Below, in pieces: positions 11,659-26,503 of a stretch of DNA of 63,848 bases (the first letter of the stretch is position 1; every line of letters starts with the position of its first letter). Both the position numbers and the translations under genes were made by a program. Origin of the DNA: Parasitella parasitica NRRL 2501 (taxonomy: Eukaryota > Fungi > Mucoromycota); NCBI GenBank assembly GCA_025201805.1, contig MU619324.1:39834-103681 (forward strand). The letters are read 5' to 3'. Under the pieces are notes generated by a model, which ran no database searches, was not told the DNA's origin, and saw nothing but the letters and a program-made list of their open reading frames with translations.

Positions 11659-12552
11659 AGTAAAAGCAAGACACTAGTAATTAAAATCCTCCTTTAAGTG
11701 AATTATAGATTGAAATTTTACACTTCTTTATACTATATAGTTGGTTGCCATTTTACTTACTGACAATTGTATTGTTATTACTTGGCGTTTTCTCGCTTAT
11801 TCCTTGTTATATTATTTTGTCATAATATCTTCTAAATCGGCTGTTCTAGCTTATTACACTATCATATTACTTGTATTGATAAAGGGATGGTTATTCAACA
11901 AGACGATGAATAATTCTATATCGTGGCTATCCTAATCTTACGTGAATGGGAATATCAAGTTTGTTTACTAACGTTCTTGATCTAATCATGGATCAAGAAG
12001 GATATATTTTTTAAATATTCGATAATTAGAGAAGCTTTTATTATTGATAAAATAATGATTTCAAGCTTGTTGAATTTGCACTCGAACAGTAAGGATAATA
12101 TACAGTCTTAATTTGAAACTAGTGCATACAGAGGTTTTGCCTTTCCTATAAATTTGCATATATAGAAAACAGCAAAACTGAAGAATTACAAAAGACGACA
12201 TTTCTTGTTCACCAGAGGCTTCCATTCCTTGACCACTTTAGGACCTTTTCAAGATTCGACCGAATACCCTCCCTGCTTACGAGACACTCGAGAGATTTGT
12301 GTAAGTTTTAGCAGCTGTTACAAGAGCACAAATGAACATTGTTGGTGTATCGAATATTTTATGTATAGCAATTTCAAAAAAAGATGGCCAGAAGATAAGT
12401 ATCGTAAAAAGAGAGAAAAAGAGATAGGTCTGTGCGTAAACATATATAGAAAAAAAAGATATATAGATTCAGATAGGACTATAAAATACGAAGAAATAGA
12501 ATATATATAATAGAAGAGTCGAAAGAGTGTATTGATAACAAGAGAGGAGTTA

Positions 12553-13995
12553 TTACACCTGCTTAAACTCGAAACTCTGTTGTTGTTGAAGCTGCTGTTG
12601 TAGCTGCTGATTCGCAGAATCAAACATCCGTTGTTGTTGTTGTTGTTGTTGTTGCTGGTTCATCAACTCTGTGTTTTGCTGCTGCTGTTGTTGTTGTTCA
12701 ACCAAGCCAGCTGGAGGAAACGACAGCGTAATATTTTTAGGGGTATAAGCTTTTGACGAACTCTGTTGCAATAGTGCAAAATTGGTTTGTTGTTGCAAAG
12801 TTGGATGAGGAGTGTTTGGTAAGGATTGGCTATGTATCGAGATGGGCGACTGATGTTGATGGACTTGGCTGCTTAAATAGTCAACTTGAAGTGAAGGATG
12901 CATGGCAGTAGCTGGAGCACTTGTCGTACTAAAGGGAGTGCTGTTGGTTGTAGTTGTGGTAGCAGGAGTAGAACCAGTAATATATTGTATCACGCTATTT
13001 GGAGTTGAAAGGATGGACGTTGATGTACTTGTTTCATGTGTCTTTTCATGCTTTTTCAATGATCTTGAATGGTAATATGCCTTTCCACAGCCTTTTGACA
13101 TACATATAAACGGTCTGACATTGGAATGCGTTTTGATATGTGTTGTGAGCGAATCCGGCCGAGAAAACCGTTTGCCACAGTTAGGTTTATCACACACAAA
13201 TGGCCGTTCTCCTGTATGTGTGCGCAAATGATTATACATTTTGTGCCGCTTTGTAAAAGGTTTTTGATTTCTAGAGCAACCTTCCCATTCGCAGCAGTAC
13301 GTAGGCTATTGCAACACTAGTAAGCGGACTATTTCAAAAGCCAATCCATTAATAAAATTTTTACCTTGCCACTGCCAACATGGGAGTCATTAATATGACT
13401 GATCAACTTCTGAAGATCATCAAATATCTCGCCACAATCTTTCCATTTACATTGAATTTGAGCTTTGGCAGATTCTTCCGCAGCCTCTCCGACGAGAGAC
13501 GAAGTTTCCTCTTCGTCGTCATCTTCATCGACAGTGGATTTATCCTCATCCGAGTTTTGTTGCTGTTGTAAAGGAGGGTCTGATTGTTGCTGCACTCTAT
13601 GATGCTGGTGATTATCGGTTGGCGTATCTGGGCTAATATTCCCGTCGTCTTCGTCATCTTCTTCCACTGATTTGATGCTTGACTTTTCCACTCTATCCAC
13701 ATTCAATTTTTCAGTTTCCAGAACGATTAACCGAGCAATCAATTGTTCTCTAGACATATTTTCATAATCCTTGAAAGCAGTGCCTGTAGTACCTGCAGTA
13801 CCTGATGTAGTGACCGTATCAAATTGAAGTCCTAATTCTTGTGGTGTAGGTGGAGGTGGCAACGCAATAGTGCCCAAGGCTTGCTTTTGGGATTCTACTA
13901 ACATTTTACGATCTTCAGATTTCAAAACTAGGTTCAAATCACTGCTAACAATATACTGTTGAGTTTGCTGCTGCTGTTGCTGCTGCTGAAACATT

Positions 13996-14078
<83 letters not shown>

Positions 14079-14261
14079 CTGGCCAATGACAGCCGCAGAT
14101 CTAGGAGCTGAAGCCATCATTTCCGACAGATTTTTAGTTTCAATATTCAGCGCTGGTGGGAACGAGCTTGAAACAGTGTGCCTTCTTGATTTCTTCTTAC
14201 CTAATGCAACAGTATCAGCGTGTCGCTTTGTGCCACGAACTGTTTCATTGATAAAGACGAC

Positions 14262-14292
<31 letters not shown>

Positions 14293-14724
14293 TGCTGATG
14301 TTGTTGTTGTACAATAGCATTATGTAAAGACATGTTTTCACCCTTGACTTGGTGTAACGAACTTGTCGGTGGAGAGGTTCCAGTAGGTGTCGTAGGGCTA
14401 CCAAGATTGGTCATTTGGGATAACACAACATGAGGTGTTTCTTGCTGTTGCTGCGGATTGGGCATCAAATCGTGTTGCTGTAACATGTCTGTATTGTTAT
14501 GTTGAAGAATGGCATATTGATGCGCCATTTGTTGCGCCATTACTTGCTGCGCTGCAGCTGCGACTCTTTCGTTTTCTTCATCAATGCTTCTGTATGTTTG
14601 TTGTTGCAGAGAGACAGATGGGTGTTGCTGTTGTTCCAAAGCACGTTGTGAAGGAACAACTGGATGGTGGTCAATAGATGGCTGAGAAACCATAATCTCA
14701 TTTAAAATTTGCTGCTGCTGCTGC

Positions 14725-14769
<45 letters not shown>

Positions 14770-15441
14770 ATCTGAGCCTGTGTTTGTGCGTGTGCCTGTA
14801 CCTGAGCTTGTTGCTGCGCTTGGACTTGCTGGTGTGTTTGAGCCTGAGCCTGTGCTTGGTGAATATGAGCTTGATACGCAGCAGCTTGAACTTGTGCCTG
14901 GACAATACTGTGTTGCTGTAACTGTTGCTGCAAATGATGGTCACTATGGTCTGCATAAGACAAGGCTACTTGTTGGTTTAAATCCACAGAGTTAGCAGTG
15001 TTTTCAAAAATGGCATCTTGGTGATGATGGTGAGGGTGATGTATCAAGAGATTTGGGCTCATGTTTGTTGAAGAAATAGTGGTCGCAGAGTCTGATTGAT
15101 TATTCTATTTGGCAACTAAATTAATAAATTATTTCCTGTATTGTTCAAATAGGGTTATTTACAGTCATCTGCATTAATTGAGTAGCTGAAGGAGAGCTTG
15201 CAATAGAAATAGCATTATTTTGAGGTGTTATTGGAGACACTCTATTGGTTGAACTTGATAATGTTGCCATGTGCATATCAGTATCGTTGCTAAGCAGATT
15301 GCTATTTACGGTTGCTGACGGTGAAGCCTGTTGCATCTGTTGAGCATCAAAATGATGAACTGGCGAGCTTAATTGATCAAATGTAGTCGAATAAAAGTCT
15401 TCAGTGCTGTTTGTACCCTGTTGTTGTTGTTGTTGTTCCAT
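12553..15441 (-). CDS. Q-rich C2H2 zinc-finger transcription factor, GLI/GLIS/ZIC-like finger array (3' end approximate)
   Basis: CKWKDC...HINDSH, CEWEGC...HLRTHTGERPFVCDKPNCGKRFSRPDSLTTHIKTH, CMSKGC...HEKTH; tandem CxW fingers; several polyQ tracts; introns near 13300-13363 and 15108-15150. Confidence 0.85.
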
Positions 15442-18427
15442 GATGCTTGTTTGATTGCTTTCCCCGAAGGGAGAAGAGTGATGTTCCTTAATATTACCTA
15501 GAAGGCCAAGAAGGAGATGAAAAAAAAAAAGAGTTTCTCTTTTCAAGTAGTTGCTTTGCTTTTTCTCTATGTAGACAAGAAAAAAAGACTGGGAGTGAGA
15601 CAGAAAGCGAGAGCAAAAGAAAATGCCTTTATCGTATCTTTTAAGAAATAAGGAGAAGAGAGAAGAGATTGAGAGAGACAACAGACAGAGTGTAAAAGGG
15701 AGGGGGGGGGTACTGAGGTTTAAAACTATGGTAACATATTTTTGCAATGTACATGAATCAAATAAACAAATGTTAGATGTAACCACATTTTCAGTCTGAT
15801 GTACAGCAAGTTTGCTCTACTCTACGCCTTTTCTATACGTGTATTAATCAATTATTTCAATGTTTTATAGCAAACTAAAGACTTGTTTCGATTTATACAA
15901 AACAGGTAATTTATATCATTAATTGACATTATTGGGTGAATTTCGTAGATCTGAACGCAGACTCTTCCCAAAATATCTTTTTTCTACGTATAGTTTGTAT
16001 TATAAAAGGTCTTTTATCTAGTCACGAACGCTTTGACTTGATTCAGCGATATTAGAAAGAAACCCGATGAATAAACATTAACATCATGTCTGTAATATCA
16101 GATCAAATACTATAAGATCATATTTCGACATGTGGCGTGATAAATCAAAGTTCAAAGTATTCTGAATCGATATAGTAAGATGCCTGGATAATGTTATTTA
16201 GGAATTATTGATATAATATATATTGAATATACCACAGAATTAACAGAAAAATAAGAAAAAAAAAATCGTCTAAAACGAACCACTCGGCTAAGAGGATATC
16301 CAACATTTAGATCAACGAAAATCCACTCAGTCAATGCTTTCATGTAAATTTCTTGCATACGGTATGCATTTCACGCTTGGAAATCTGTTCATACATATAC
16401 CTTATACCTATTGCTCCCCCCATTTCAAGATATTATTACTTTGTACAACATTTAATATACAAAACACAAAAAATCCAGCCTCTGCAGAGATGGGCAACTG
16501 ATGGACAACTTTACGCGGCATAATATTATAACGCCCAATCCATCTAAAAATAAAGCGTATAATTAACCAAGATGATTTATTGCATTTTAATGATAATATC
16601 GCGAAATTAGCAGCTTTGTTCATGTCATGCTTGCACCAAATTGTTACACACAGATAACAACAAATTTCGTATATCATACGAAAGATGTGCCACAGAAAAT
16701 AGCGCACCATTTGTACTAAAAATATGTAAATTTATGAGGTAAACGTGTTCATGCATATAAATATATACAATATACATGCAGTTTTGTAAAGATATCGGTT
16801 TTGAAAAAGGGCCTCATTAACTAATAAGATGTGAAGGATAATTACGCGTAAGGCCAATGCAGGACTACGGGTCGATTTGAGAATGAACAAAATTCCTCTT
16901 TATTGCAATAAGATTTGGTAACAAATATGACCTACGCATCAAGCATAAGAAACGCTTCGTTGGCGCACACACCTCAAAAGATGAGGTGCCTTTCGATATT
17001 CACAAATTAACCACACCGTCGCTGTCGTCGTCCTCCTTTCTCTCAAGGCAGACAGCTGCCTCACTTGCTGCAGCCTCCGTTTTGAAATTATAGAAGAGTA
17101 AGCGCCTGAGTGTGAGCCCTGCAGCATACAGATATACGGACCTATCGAGTCCACACCAACAATAAAGACTTTTTTGTGCTTTTCAGCAGAACTTGGCGTT
17201 CTCAAAATTTGTTGGAGGATGGCACTGTTAGTGCGCGCGTTCTTGACCTGTTGAGTATTGACTCGATTGCTGATAGCAGAAGCCCTCTTCCATTCAAAAG
17301 AGCTTATATTTATCGACATTAACATGATTGTTATTTTCATGGTTATCATTAGCTTAACTCAGTTGTCATGGCAACCGTTCCTGATTGGATTTAAGTTTAT
17401 TAAATAACACCAGTGATTCTTGATCATTAAATTGTCTTGTATAAGAAGCCATCTATTCGGATTATACTTGATTTAAATTACGAAGCTGAAAGTATCGATG
17501 AATGATTCATGTTCATCATGATTAGCTGATTAAATTTAAATAGGTGGCTAATACTGTGTTGAAATTGTGTTTGACAATTAAATGTCAAACATGTTCTGAT
17601 TATATTCATACATCGATTCATGTAGGCTTAATCTATACCAAATGGCTAGCTTCCTATCATTCAATAAATTCTTCAGTTTTATATCTAGCAAATTAATAGT
17701 TTTTATTACATACTCATTTTATCTTATACAATCATCTGCTGTGCCCATTTCAAAACCTGGCACAACAGTCATGAGTAGGGTTGAGTCATTGCATGTTTCT
17801 CAATTCATATTTCTAACAAATTACGTAGCCACAGATGTAATCTCCCTATTTTTAAGCGTTTGATAGCCAGACTGACACAAGACACTGCCCAAAGGATGGT
17901 CATATTATCCGATAATATGTTGATGTTTGAGAGGGGGTTTCTGGCAATAGTATAGTAGAAAAATATCCAAGGCTGCAATCAAGTTTGTATCTCCATAATT
18001 TTCTAATGATTCCGTCCTCTTCTTTGACGTGTAAATTCTTGCGTCCTTTTAATCGAAAATTGTAACCATGGCACCAATTAGTCTAGGAGATCAAGTTTGA
18101 AACCTTGAGATCGTCAAATATAAATCAGATAAACTCAGATTGATGCGATACCGTACCGTATCATGTGAAGGTGCATCTTGAAAAGTTGTGAAACTGAAAT
18201 CAAAAAAGTCAAAACTAGAGGTGTGATTTACTCCGTTTTTTCACAATTTAAAAGCTCGTTTTATTGTCTAGTTGGGCATAAAAAAAATCAAATCGAAACT
18301 ATGTGATACTGGCAGTAAACTAGTCAAAAATGTGAAAAGAAAAAAGCAAAATGTAAAAAAAAAGAAAAAAAAGAAAAAAAGAAAAGAAAAGAAAAAGAAA
18401 AAAAACCAAAAAAAGCCAAAAAATAAA

Positions 18428-21417
18428 TTATGCGATCATCCAACCTTTTTGATCCCCATCATCCAAGTCATTGTCCACTTGCAGGCGAATAGGGGGAGTA
18501 GTTATAGGCAGCGTAGGTTGCTGGACTACGCCATCCCATTCTAGATCTTGTCTGCTATATGGTATAGAATTGCCTCTCATTAGTCGATGTAGGCTGGAAA
18601 CACTTGATCGTGTCCCTGAATGATGTACGGAAGAGCTTGCTGATAAAGACAATGGTATATCCGAAAAATGAACACTACTGTTACTGCGTCTGTGGGCTTG
18701 ACGAGGGTGATGAGGCGTGGATTTCGTATTTGTTAATGGTAATATTAGCGTATCTTCAAGCCAATCTCCATCCCTTTCCAGATCAATCGTTTGTCGATTA
18801 CTGTTACCACCCCATCTTGGTAGAATACCGCTATTATTTTCCTTGTCTTTCTCACCTGGATAATGACAAGAAAAGTGGTGATTCTGCTGTTGTTGATGTT
18901 GTTGCTGAGGTGGCTGTTGTAATCCATAAGGATAGTAAGGACTGTAAAGTGAACCTTCGGAAGGTACAGTACCGTCAACATGATCTACAGCTGCCCATTG
19001 GATCTGTGGTGGAACTTGCATTGTACCCAATGTACTAGCTCTCGGTCTGCCCGCGCCTCCCATTCCATTGTGATGATTGTTAGCTGGTGGTGTATTTAAG
19101 CTTTGATGCATGGGCACCTGCTGTTGCTGAGATAGAAGGTGGTTTTGATGCTGATGCTGCTGGTGTTGCTGCTGTGAATGCAAATATCCATTACTTGAAT
19201 TTAGTAAGTCATGTTGGTACATGGCATGATGTGGAGGTTCGATAACGCTAGGTAACGGTGGTATATACGATGATCTTTTAGTGTTATTTTTACCGAGACT
19301 CAAGTGGTTATTGTCATATTGGCTCGGCAGACTGGAATAAGCAGGGTTTAAATAGCTGTCAGAATACGTCTGTTGAGGCATGTTGTTGTTTCGGTATCCT
19401 GTTGTTAGCAAGGTAGGCGAATGTTGCTGATGTGCCTCATTTAATTGTTGTTTTTGCTGTAAATTAGTCGAAGAAGGCGAAGACATGTTGTGATGCTGTT
19501 TTCGAGCAATAAAAGGTGGTTGAAAAGGGAACGTAAACTTTTCACCAGTGATGAAAGGATGCTTTTTCGCTTGCTGGGGAGACCATCGTTCAATTGGATT
19601 TAGGTTCAAAAGTCCTTGAAGAAAATCAATGAATGCAAGTCGATTTTGCTTTTCTTTTTCAATCTCTTTGGCTGTCATTTGAGTTTTCCGCATAATTGGA
19701 TAACTATTGATCAGTTCTGGCAGAGTTTTTGCAGAGAAGTATCGCTTGGAAGGCTGCTCTGATTTTCCCTGCTCTCGAGCGTATTTTTCAAGTGATTTGA
19801 ACTCATATCTCTTTTCAATTGCTGTTGACGATTTATCAAAATAGCGATGTGCATTTTTCCCCACTTCAATCATGTAATTTGGCGGAATTCCAAGCATTTC
19901 AACGATTCTCGAAAGCTGATTGTACTCTGAACTACCAGGAAATAAAGGAAGACCCAAGAACAATTCTGCCGCAATGCATCCCAACGACCACATATCGATA
20001 GCACTTGTGTAAGGCAGTCCTACCAATACTTCAGGCGATCTATAAAACCTTGACTGAATGTACGTGTACATTGTTTGCACTTCGTGACATGCTGATCCAA
20101 AATCAATCACCTTGATAGTTGGCGATTCCAAGCTATTTTTAAATTGTCAGAACACTAAATATTACGCATTTGCAGTATAGTATGCCTTACTTTTTCAGCA
20201 AAATGTTTTCCGGTTTCAAATCACAATGAATGATTCTTGCTTCGTTCAATACAGTTAATGCGTCCAAAATTTGTGCCGTAAACACTCGCACAAGGTTCGT
20301 TGACAAACCGCGAAAATGATTTTGTTTGATCAATTCGTACAAGTTGACTGACAGTAATTCAAAAACAAGACATAGATGCTTTTTGTGAATAAATGTGTCT
20401 CTTAATCTCAACAGATGATGTCTGTCGTGTTCATCATATTTTTGGTTCAACTGTCAAACAGAGAATATAGGGTTAGGACTACGGTTAGTGTGTGTTTGCA
20501 GTTCGCAACTTACCATCTCTAGTATAGCCACTTCCATCATACTTTGCTTAAAGTAAGCCAGTTTGTTTTTCACTACTTTCACGCCGACGATTTCTTGGGT
20601 TTTGGTGTTTCGGCACTTGACCACTTGACCGAATGTGCCAGAGCCTAGCACATCCAATATCAAATATCTAGCCATCAAAATATACCATTAAACTCTCCCC
20701 CTTTTTATAAAGATACGACTTACTTGTGACCTTCGGTGCTTCCAAGAATATCATTCACATACAGAATGTAATCAAAATCGTCATTGTCATAGCCATCATT
20801 TCGACATGCCTTGCTAGGCTTTGTCAGTACTCGACGAGGGTTGTTTGTTGCATTATATTTAAAGCCATCGTTGCACGTCTGATAGGTCGCTTTTAATTCT
20901 GTTGTGAGCATAAAAAGTGGCTACAGTGGTCATGGAACGAATAAATTAATAACGACTAAATTAAATGCCCCATTTTTAATTATACCCCATATCGCTTTCC
21001 TTCTCTTGCCCTGCGATGATGAGCCATGGGTAGGTCGGCTTGAGTTTTGATTTTGCGAAACGCACCCGATAGCTCAGGTTGTATAATGTAGCCGTCTGCA
21101 GCTTCGTCCTCCTCAACAATCTGATTAAAACGAGGCGAATGGTGCTGCTGGTAAATAGGAGGGGAATCGGTTACAGCAGCTGGTGCTGTCGTTGTTCCTG
21201 CTGTGCTTGCTGTAGTGGTCATTGCTGAGGTATCAAAAGGAATAGATGAATTTCGAGAGTGATGGGGATTTCGTTTATTTATCGTCGAGTAATCATTTAA
21301 AGATTGATGTCGTGTGAGGCCATTTGTGTATGCTTGTCTAGGCATATCATCATTTATTGTGATGCCAATATAATTTGTGTCTTGGATAGATTCTGCTATG
21401 GGAGAGTGCTGCTGTTG

Positions 21418-21456
<39 letters not shown>

Positions 21457-21555
21457 TTGTTGTTGGTGTTGTTTTTGTGGTTGCGTTTCTGGATGTAATA
21501 ATGGAGGCGAGGCGGTTTTCTTTGTACTATCTTGATGCTTATTAAAAGGTTCCAT
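18428..21555 (-). CDS. YAK1: DYRK-family dual-specificity kinase Yak1
   Basis: [66 protein letters not shown]; multi-exon. Confidence 0.93.
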
Positions 21556-21935
21556 TAATAAAATGTATCTATTTTTATATAGAATTCAGGGAGTAGACAA
21601 CAAAAAATAAAAATGAATATGATTCACAATCAAAGAGTAAAAAAAAAAAAAGGAATGGAAGAGACTGATTTTTGTGTGTTAAATCTACACACACGAGTGC
21701 AAAGAATTCACTTGCATTTTGAGGGGAGATCAAAAGAAATGAACCTGTGTATTTCGCCCCCAAAACGTTGGCTGTATGTATATCTCCTTACAAGGACATC
21801 TCTTCAGGTTCAAAAAGACAAAGTCGCTTGCATGATGGACCTTGTCTAAGATCCTTGGCATTGTCGCCTCTTCTTAATGCAGCAAGTCTGGAATCAAGTT
21901 TGAAGCCTTGTCTGATGCACACTGTCGTCTTGGTT

Positions 21936-22275
21936 CTAATGTTTGCAAGCAGCAATAATAACTTGTCTACTATTTTCCAGTATTACACATTGCGCGCCAC
22001 TGACATCAATGGAGATCATAATGCGGACCTGCTCCTTCACAAAGCAAAGAAAGACACATTTAATGATCCACAGTAAACATGTAGGGAACGGGACACCTTG
22101 CACCAGTATAAAGATGCCGAATAGCAATAATATACAAGATTCCTTTGTTCAGGCTAATTTTGCACTGTGTTGCATCCAGACAAATTGATGAGCTTGCCAC
22201 GTATGGCCATCTTGTCTCTTCTATCATTAGATCGATGTCAATAGTAAATTGCATACAAAAGGTAACTGACGGCAA
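21936..22275 (-). mobile_element. Degenerate Mutator-like (MULE) transposase fragment
   Basis: ICLDATQC...GILYIIAIRHLYTGARCPVPYMFTVDH followed, after a frameshift, by ISIDVSGAQ; resembles the MULE DDE core (CLDATH...LYT...TG.G.PVAY...ITID.S); no termini recognised. Confidence 0.65.
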
Positions 22276-23905
22276 CTTTCTTTTTTTTTTCTCAGATACA
22301 GTAACTACCCTGAGGATCTCGCTTTAACGATTACTGTTGATGATTGATCATTATTTGAAAGTTGTAAATACTCTATCATCACAATATAAGTTTATTTGGG
22401 TTTTTTATGCATCTCATAAATTATAAGCATCGACTTTTGCTGTAGGAAATGCAATACACAATATAACTCTTTGTCAATTGGGAGTTCTTTTTTTCATATC
22501 ATAAACCGATAAATACGAGTTAGCATGCATCACTCTTGCGGCATCTAGCACGTGCTAAAAAGTTTAAACCTGTCTCCTGTTGACTTTGTTGACACTCATC
22601 ATGCTCAGGCTGTTCAGTCTCATCATCGCGCTACGCTTGCTCCTGATGGCAAGCTTTTTAGCAAATAATTATCCTTCTACATGTGATGTTCTATCACGTA
22701 GTCTCCTAACAACATTCACTTTGCTACAGAATAAAAAATACACAATAATAAGTTTAGTATAATTTCTGCTACACCGGCGTCTAATGTCCAAAACAAACAT
22801 TTTTCATATTAACATTCCTTGCTGATATATACCTTGCATCCCCTACACTTAAACAGTAGCTGACCTCACAAAAATATATCAACTTCCACACAAAAAATGT
22901 ACATAATCGTCTACATGTTTGCTTAGAAAACAATTGAAGCCATGTTTTATACTTCACTGATATTGCCATGATCAGGGCTATCTAATAAATACTGTATTTC
23001 CACTAGGCGACGCATATATATAAGAATTCGTTTACAAAAGTAGTTAATTTTTGATTGAAATTATTACCGTGAAAACCCAATTTTTTTTTTGCCATGATGA
23101 GAAACTGTTTTTTCTAAATGTTCGATTTTGTATCCAAACTACTCTTTGTACTAATTTTTTTACCAGATGTTTTATAATATCATATGGTACTTGAGATATC
23201 TCGTCCCGAGTTTGCTTGTACATGTTCACTTTCAGTGCTATTTGTCGTTGTTGTGTAATGAAGGAATAAAATCATCTGATAGGGTGCGTAAAACGATATG
23301 TACTATGTTAATGGCAAATAATGGTATTTACCATCATTGCTAGCATTGCTACCGTCTTTTACTATGTAATAATTTGGATGTTTAACGTAGAAGAATGAAA
23401 CACATTGCTTACTCTGTAATATTTTCTTTCCAGCCAAATAATTAAACGATTCCCCAGAGCTTTTATCTTCTTGAGGAAAGGCTGCTTCTCCGAGTATTCT
23501 GTCTTTCCCAAGATGTTATTCTCTCCAGGTCTCTTCGACGATTATGCTATTATGACGGTGTTGTTGCTCTCCAGGAGGATTGTACCTACTTCAAAATACG
23601 TTTCTTTTTCTTTTCCTTTTTTCATAAACATCTCTCTATTCACTTTTAACAGTGAATCATTCATTATCAATATAGAATCGTATCCTAATATCCTAATTGG
23701 AATATTGACAAGCTAGAGTACTTTGAAAGCATGTTCTCAAGCAACGATTCACGGGATTTGCGGAACTTCAAGGTAAGGTAAGAGTGGAAGAGTGTCATCT
23801 TTTGCTGCTCTTATTTACTTACATTTCTTTCCGTTCTTTTTCATTTTACAATTAAACAAAATTTGTCTTTTCAAGAATATTCGTGAATAAAATACTATTT
23901 TTCCA

Positions 23906-26503
23906 ATGTCTAAAGTAGTAACTGACGATATTGAACGTACAGATGATTATGTCTGTTTCATTGAAGAATTGAAAGCTTTTCATGAACATAAAGGGTAGTT
24001 TATTCTATAATTTTTTTTTTTTCAAAAAAAAAAAAAAAAGAAAAAACCATTTAACGTTTTGTCATGTAGAACTACTTTGCTCTCTGAGCCAGTTTTGGGA
24101 GGAAAAAAAATTGATTTGTATAAACTGTATCAAGAGGTTGTTACCGCTGGCGGTTTTGACCAAGTAAGTCCACAGATTGTTCTAATAAATCATTGAAAAA
24201 ACCTCACAAAACTTACAAATGCATCATTAGGTAACGAAAAAACGTAGCTGGAAACAGATTGGAGCAGTGTTTGAATTTCCAGCAACATGTACAAACTCTG
24301 CCTATATACTAAAAGGTCTTTATATTCGAAATCTGGTATGCAGCTATTTCAAATATAAGCATTGACATGTTTCTCAACACATCACATTTTAGTTGGGCTG
24401 GGAGGAAGAACAGATTTGGTGTAAAGAATGGGTCCCACCGGAAGAACTTAAAGGGCCTGAAGCTCACAAAGCATCGACACTTGCTGGAAAAACTTATAAA
24501 AAATGCAAACATAGAAATCACCAGCATTATGATCATGGTATTTCCTGTTTTCTCAATATTTCAATAATAGTATGTCGTGTAACAGACTTTTTATTTTTAT
24601 TTTTTTTATTTTTCTTTTCACCATAGTGGCTGCTCATGAGACGTTAATCTTGCCAAATAACAAAACCAATACGACAGCTACATTACCTTTCAACCTGATT
24701 ACCACTGACGAAGTGCATCAGTGTGAAATTTCGGAAAGACATCACCGCACACAACCGTTTGAGCATGTTCATTCCACAGAATCTGATGCGGACACAGACT
24801 GTGTAACGGGTAAAGCGAGATTTGAATACTGTATCTGGCCACTCCATCTAACCGCATGTAAATACCAGGATACGAATTTGATGAAAATGCAAGGAGAAGA
24901 GTGATACTTGCGCTTCAATCAAGTAGCCATTCTGATGTCGAATGGGCACTAAACCACATTGTCACCATCTCGTATGAATGTCCACAGAAGCTACTGTTAA
25001 TGGAGAATCCAGCATTGTTGGAAGCATTATTACAAAAAGCCGAACTATGCTTACAAGACACATTATTCACAAAACTAGACAATGCCGTTTCTCATACGAC
25101 TATCCTCAAAATTCTGCACATTATTCGAAATTTTTCGTTTATAGAATCGAATACACGAATGTTTGCCGCACATGCTGGATTCAAGCAGATGCTGATCAAA
25201 TGCTTGGTTATGGCCAATTCGTCTCATTACAGCCACTGCATAGACATCTTGGAAAACATGACGCCCTTTGTCGAATTGGGCCCGTTTGACTCGATCATTG
25301 GCTGCTTGAATAATCTGCTCATGAGCGCAACTGAAAGATCTGTCATCTTGGGCTCGATTCGGATCCTCACTATGCTGGCTTCAAAGTCTGCAACGAATCT
25401 ACACTATCTGCTGCCCACATCAAATCAAGTGGCAAACCGAATTACACAATTTTTGATTGCAAATGACGAGGAATTAATAGGCGTCAGCCTCGAATACTTG
25501 TTCCAATACAGCCGACAGTCTGTCTCTTTCGGCCAGCATTTACTGGCGTTGCATGAAGGTGCGGACATAGGTATCATGGTGTCATTGCTAATGACGCCCT
25601 GCAAGTTTTTCCGCCCATTACTAGTGCACCAGCAAGATTCCCCTCAGCGCTCCAATTCGATGGACTCACTGGTGCATCAGCATGGCAGCGTCCCTTGCGT
25701 GCCTAACCTTACCTCATACCAGCAGCTGGATGAACCCTATCGCTGCTTGGGCTGGCTTAAGGACAAGTTTGAACTGTCAAATCCGAGCAGTGTGTTGTCA
25801 TTGGACGACATGTACTTGCTGTACGAAATGCGCTTTGGCCATGAAAAAGCACTGCGGATGAAAGAGTTTTACACTGTTCTCAAAATTGCGTTTCCTATCG
25901 CTACTGGATCGATTGATGGCTCACCCAGCACGCAGGGCGCTATTCTGGAAGGAACAACTATACGTGGATTACAGGTCAAAATGTGCATCCTTCAGGACGG
26001 TAAGTTCAGACAAAGCCCCAGAATCTTTTTGCATCGCCAAACTGAACAGCATGAACAATGTAGGAAATGAGCTCATGTGCCAGTGGACAAACTGCTCTCA
26101 AAGCTTCGATGATGAGCAGCTCTTACAAAGCCACGTTTTGCACGACCATATACCTTCAGCATCATCATCCAGCAACTGTATGTGGACAGATTGCGACAAT
26201 GCATTCAGAGATCCAAACGAATTGTCCTTTCATGTAAAGAGCTCCCATCTACCGGGGTTTACTGATAACTCGGACATACAAGGCGTGGCATTAGTTGCTG
26301 CTCAGCTACTGAAGATCCTTTCTCGTAACCCTAACAGCCACGTTTGTTTCATGCCGTACGAGCAGGAGTTGGTCATGATGACCAGGAGACGGCCCAACTT
26401 GACACCATTTATTGAAGCCATGTTTTCTAATTTTCGAGTAGCCTCTTCCTCCTCTTCGTCATCTGCATCATCAGCAACAACGTCGCCCAATAACCATTCA
26501 TAA
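23906..26503 (+). CDS. RSC9: Chromatin-remodelling subunit Rsc9/ARID2-like (ARID, ARM-like, RFX-like winged helix, C2H2 fingers)
   Basis: ARID exons (EPVLGGKKIDLYKLYQEVVTAGGFDQ, VTKKRSWKQIG...TNSAYILKGLY), ILALQSSSHSDVEWALN, FYTVLKIAFP, C-terminal CQWTNC..H and CMWTDC..H. Confidence 0.85.

Noticed and set aside
11233-11697. Poly-Lys and poly-Phe ORFs (also 49207-49618)
   Set aside because: Translations of homopolymer tracts and of the LINE antisense strand.
13960-14770. CAG/CAA and CAACAG arrays as a separate repeat system
   Set aside because: They encode polyglutamine within the zinc-finger protein; similar tracts occur in epsin, YAK1 and the bHLH gene.
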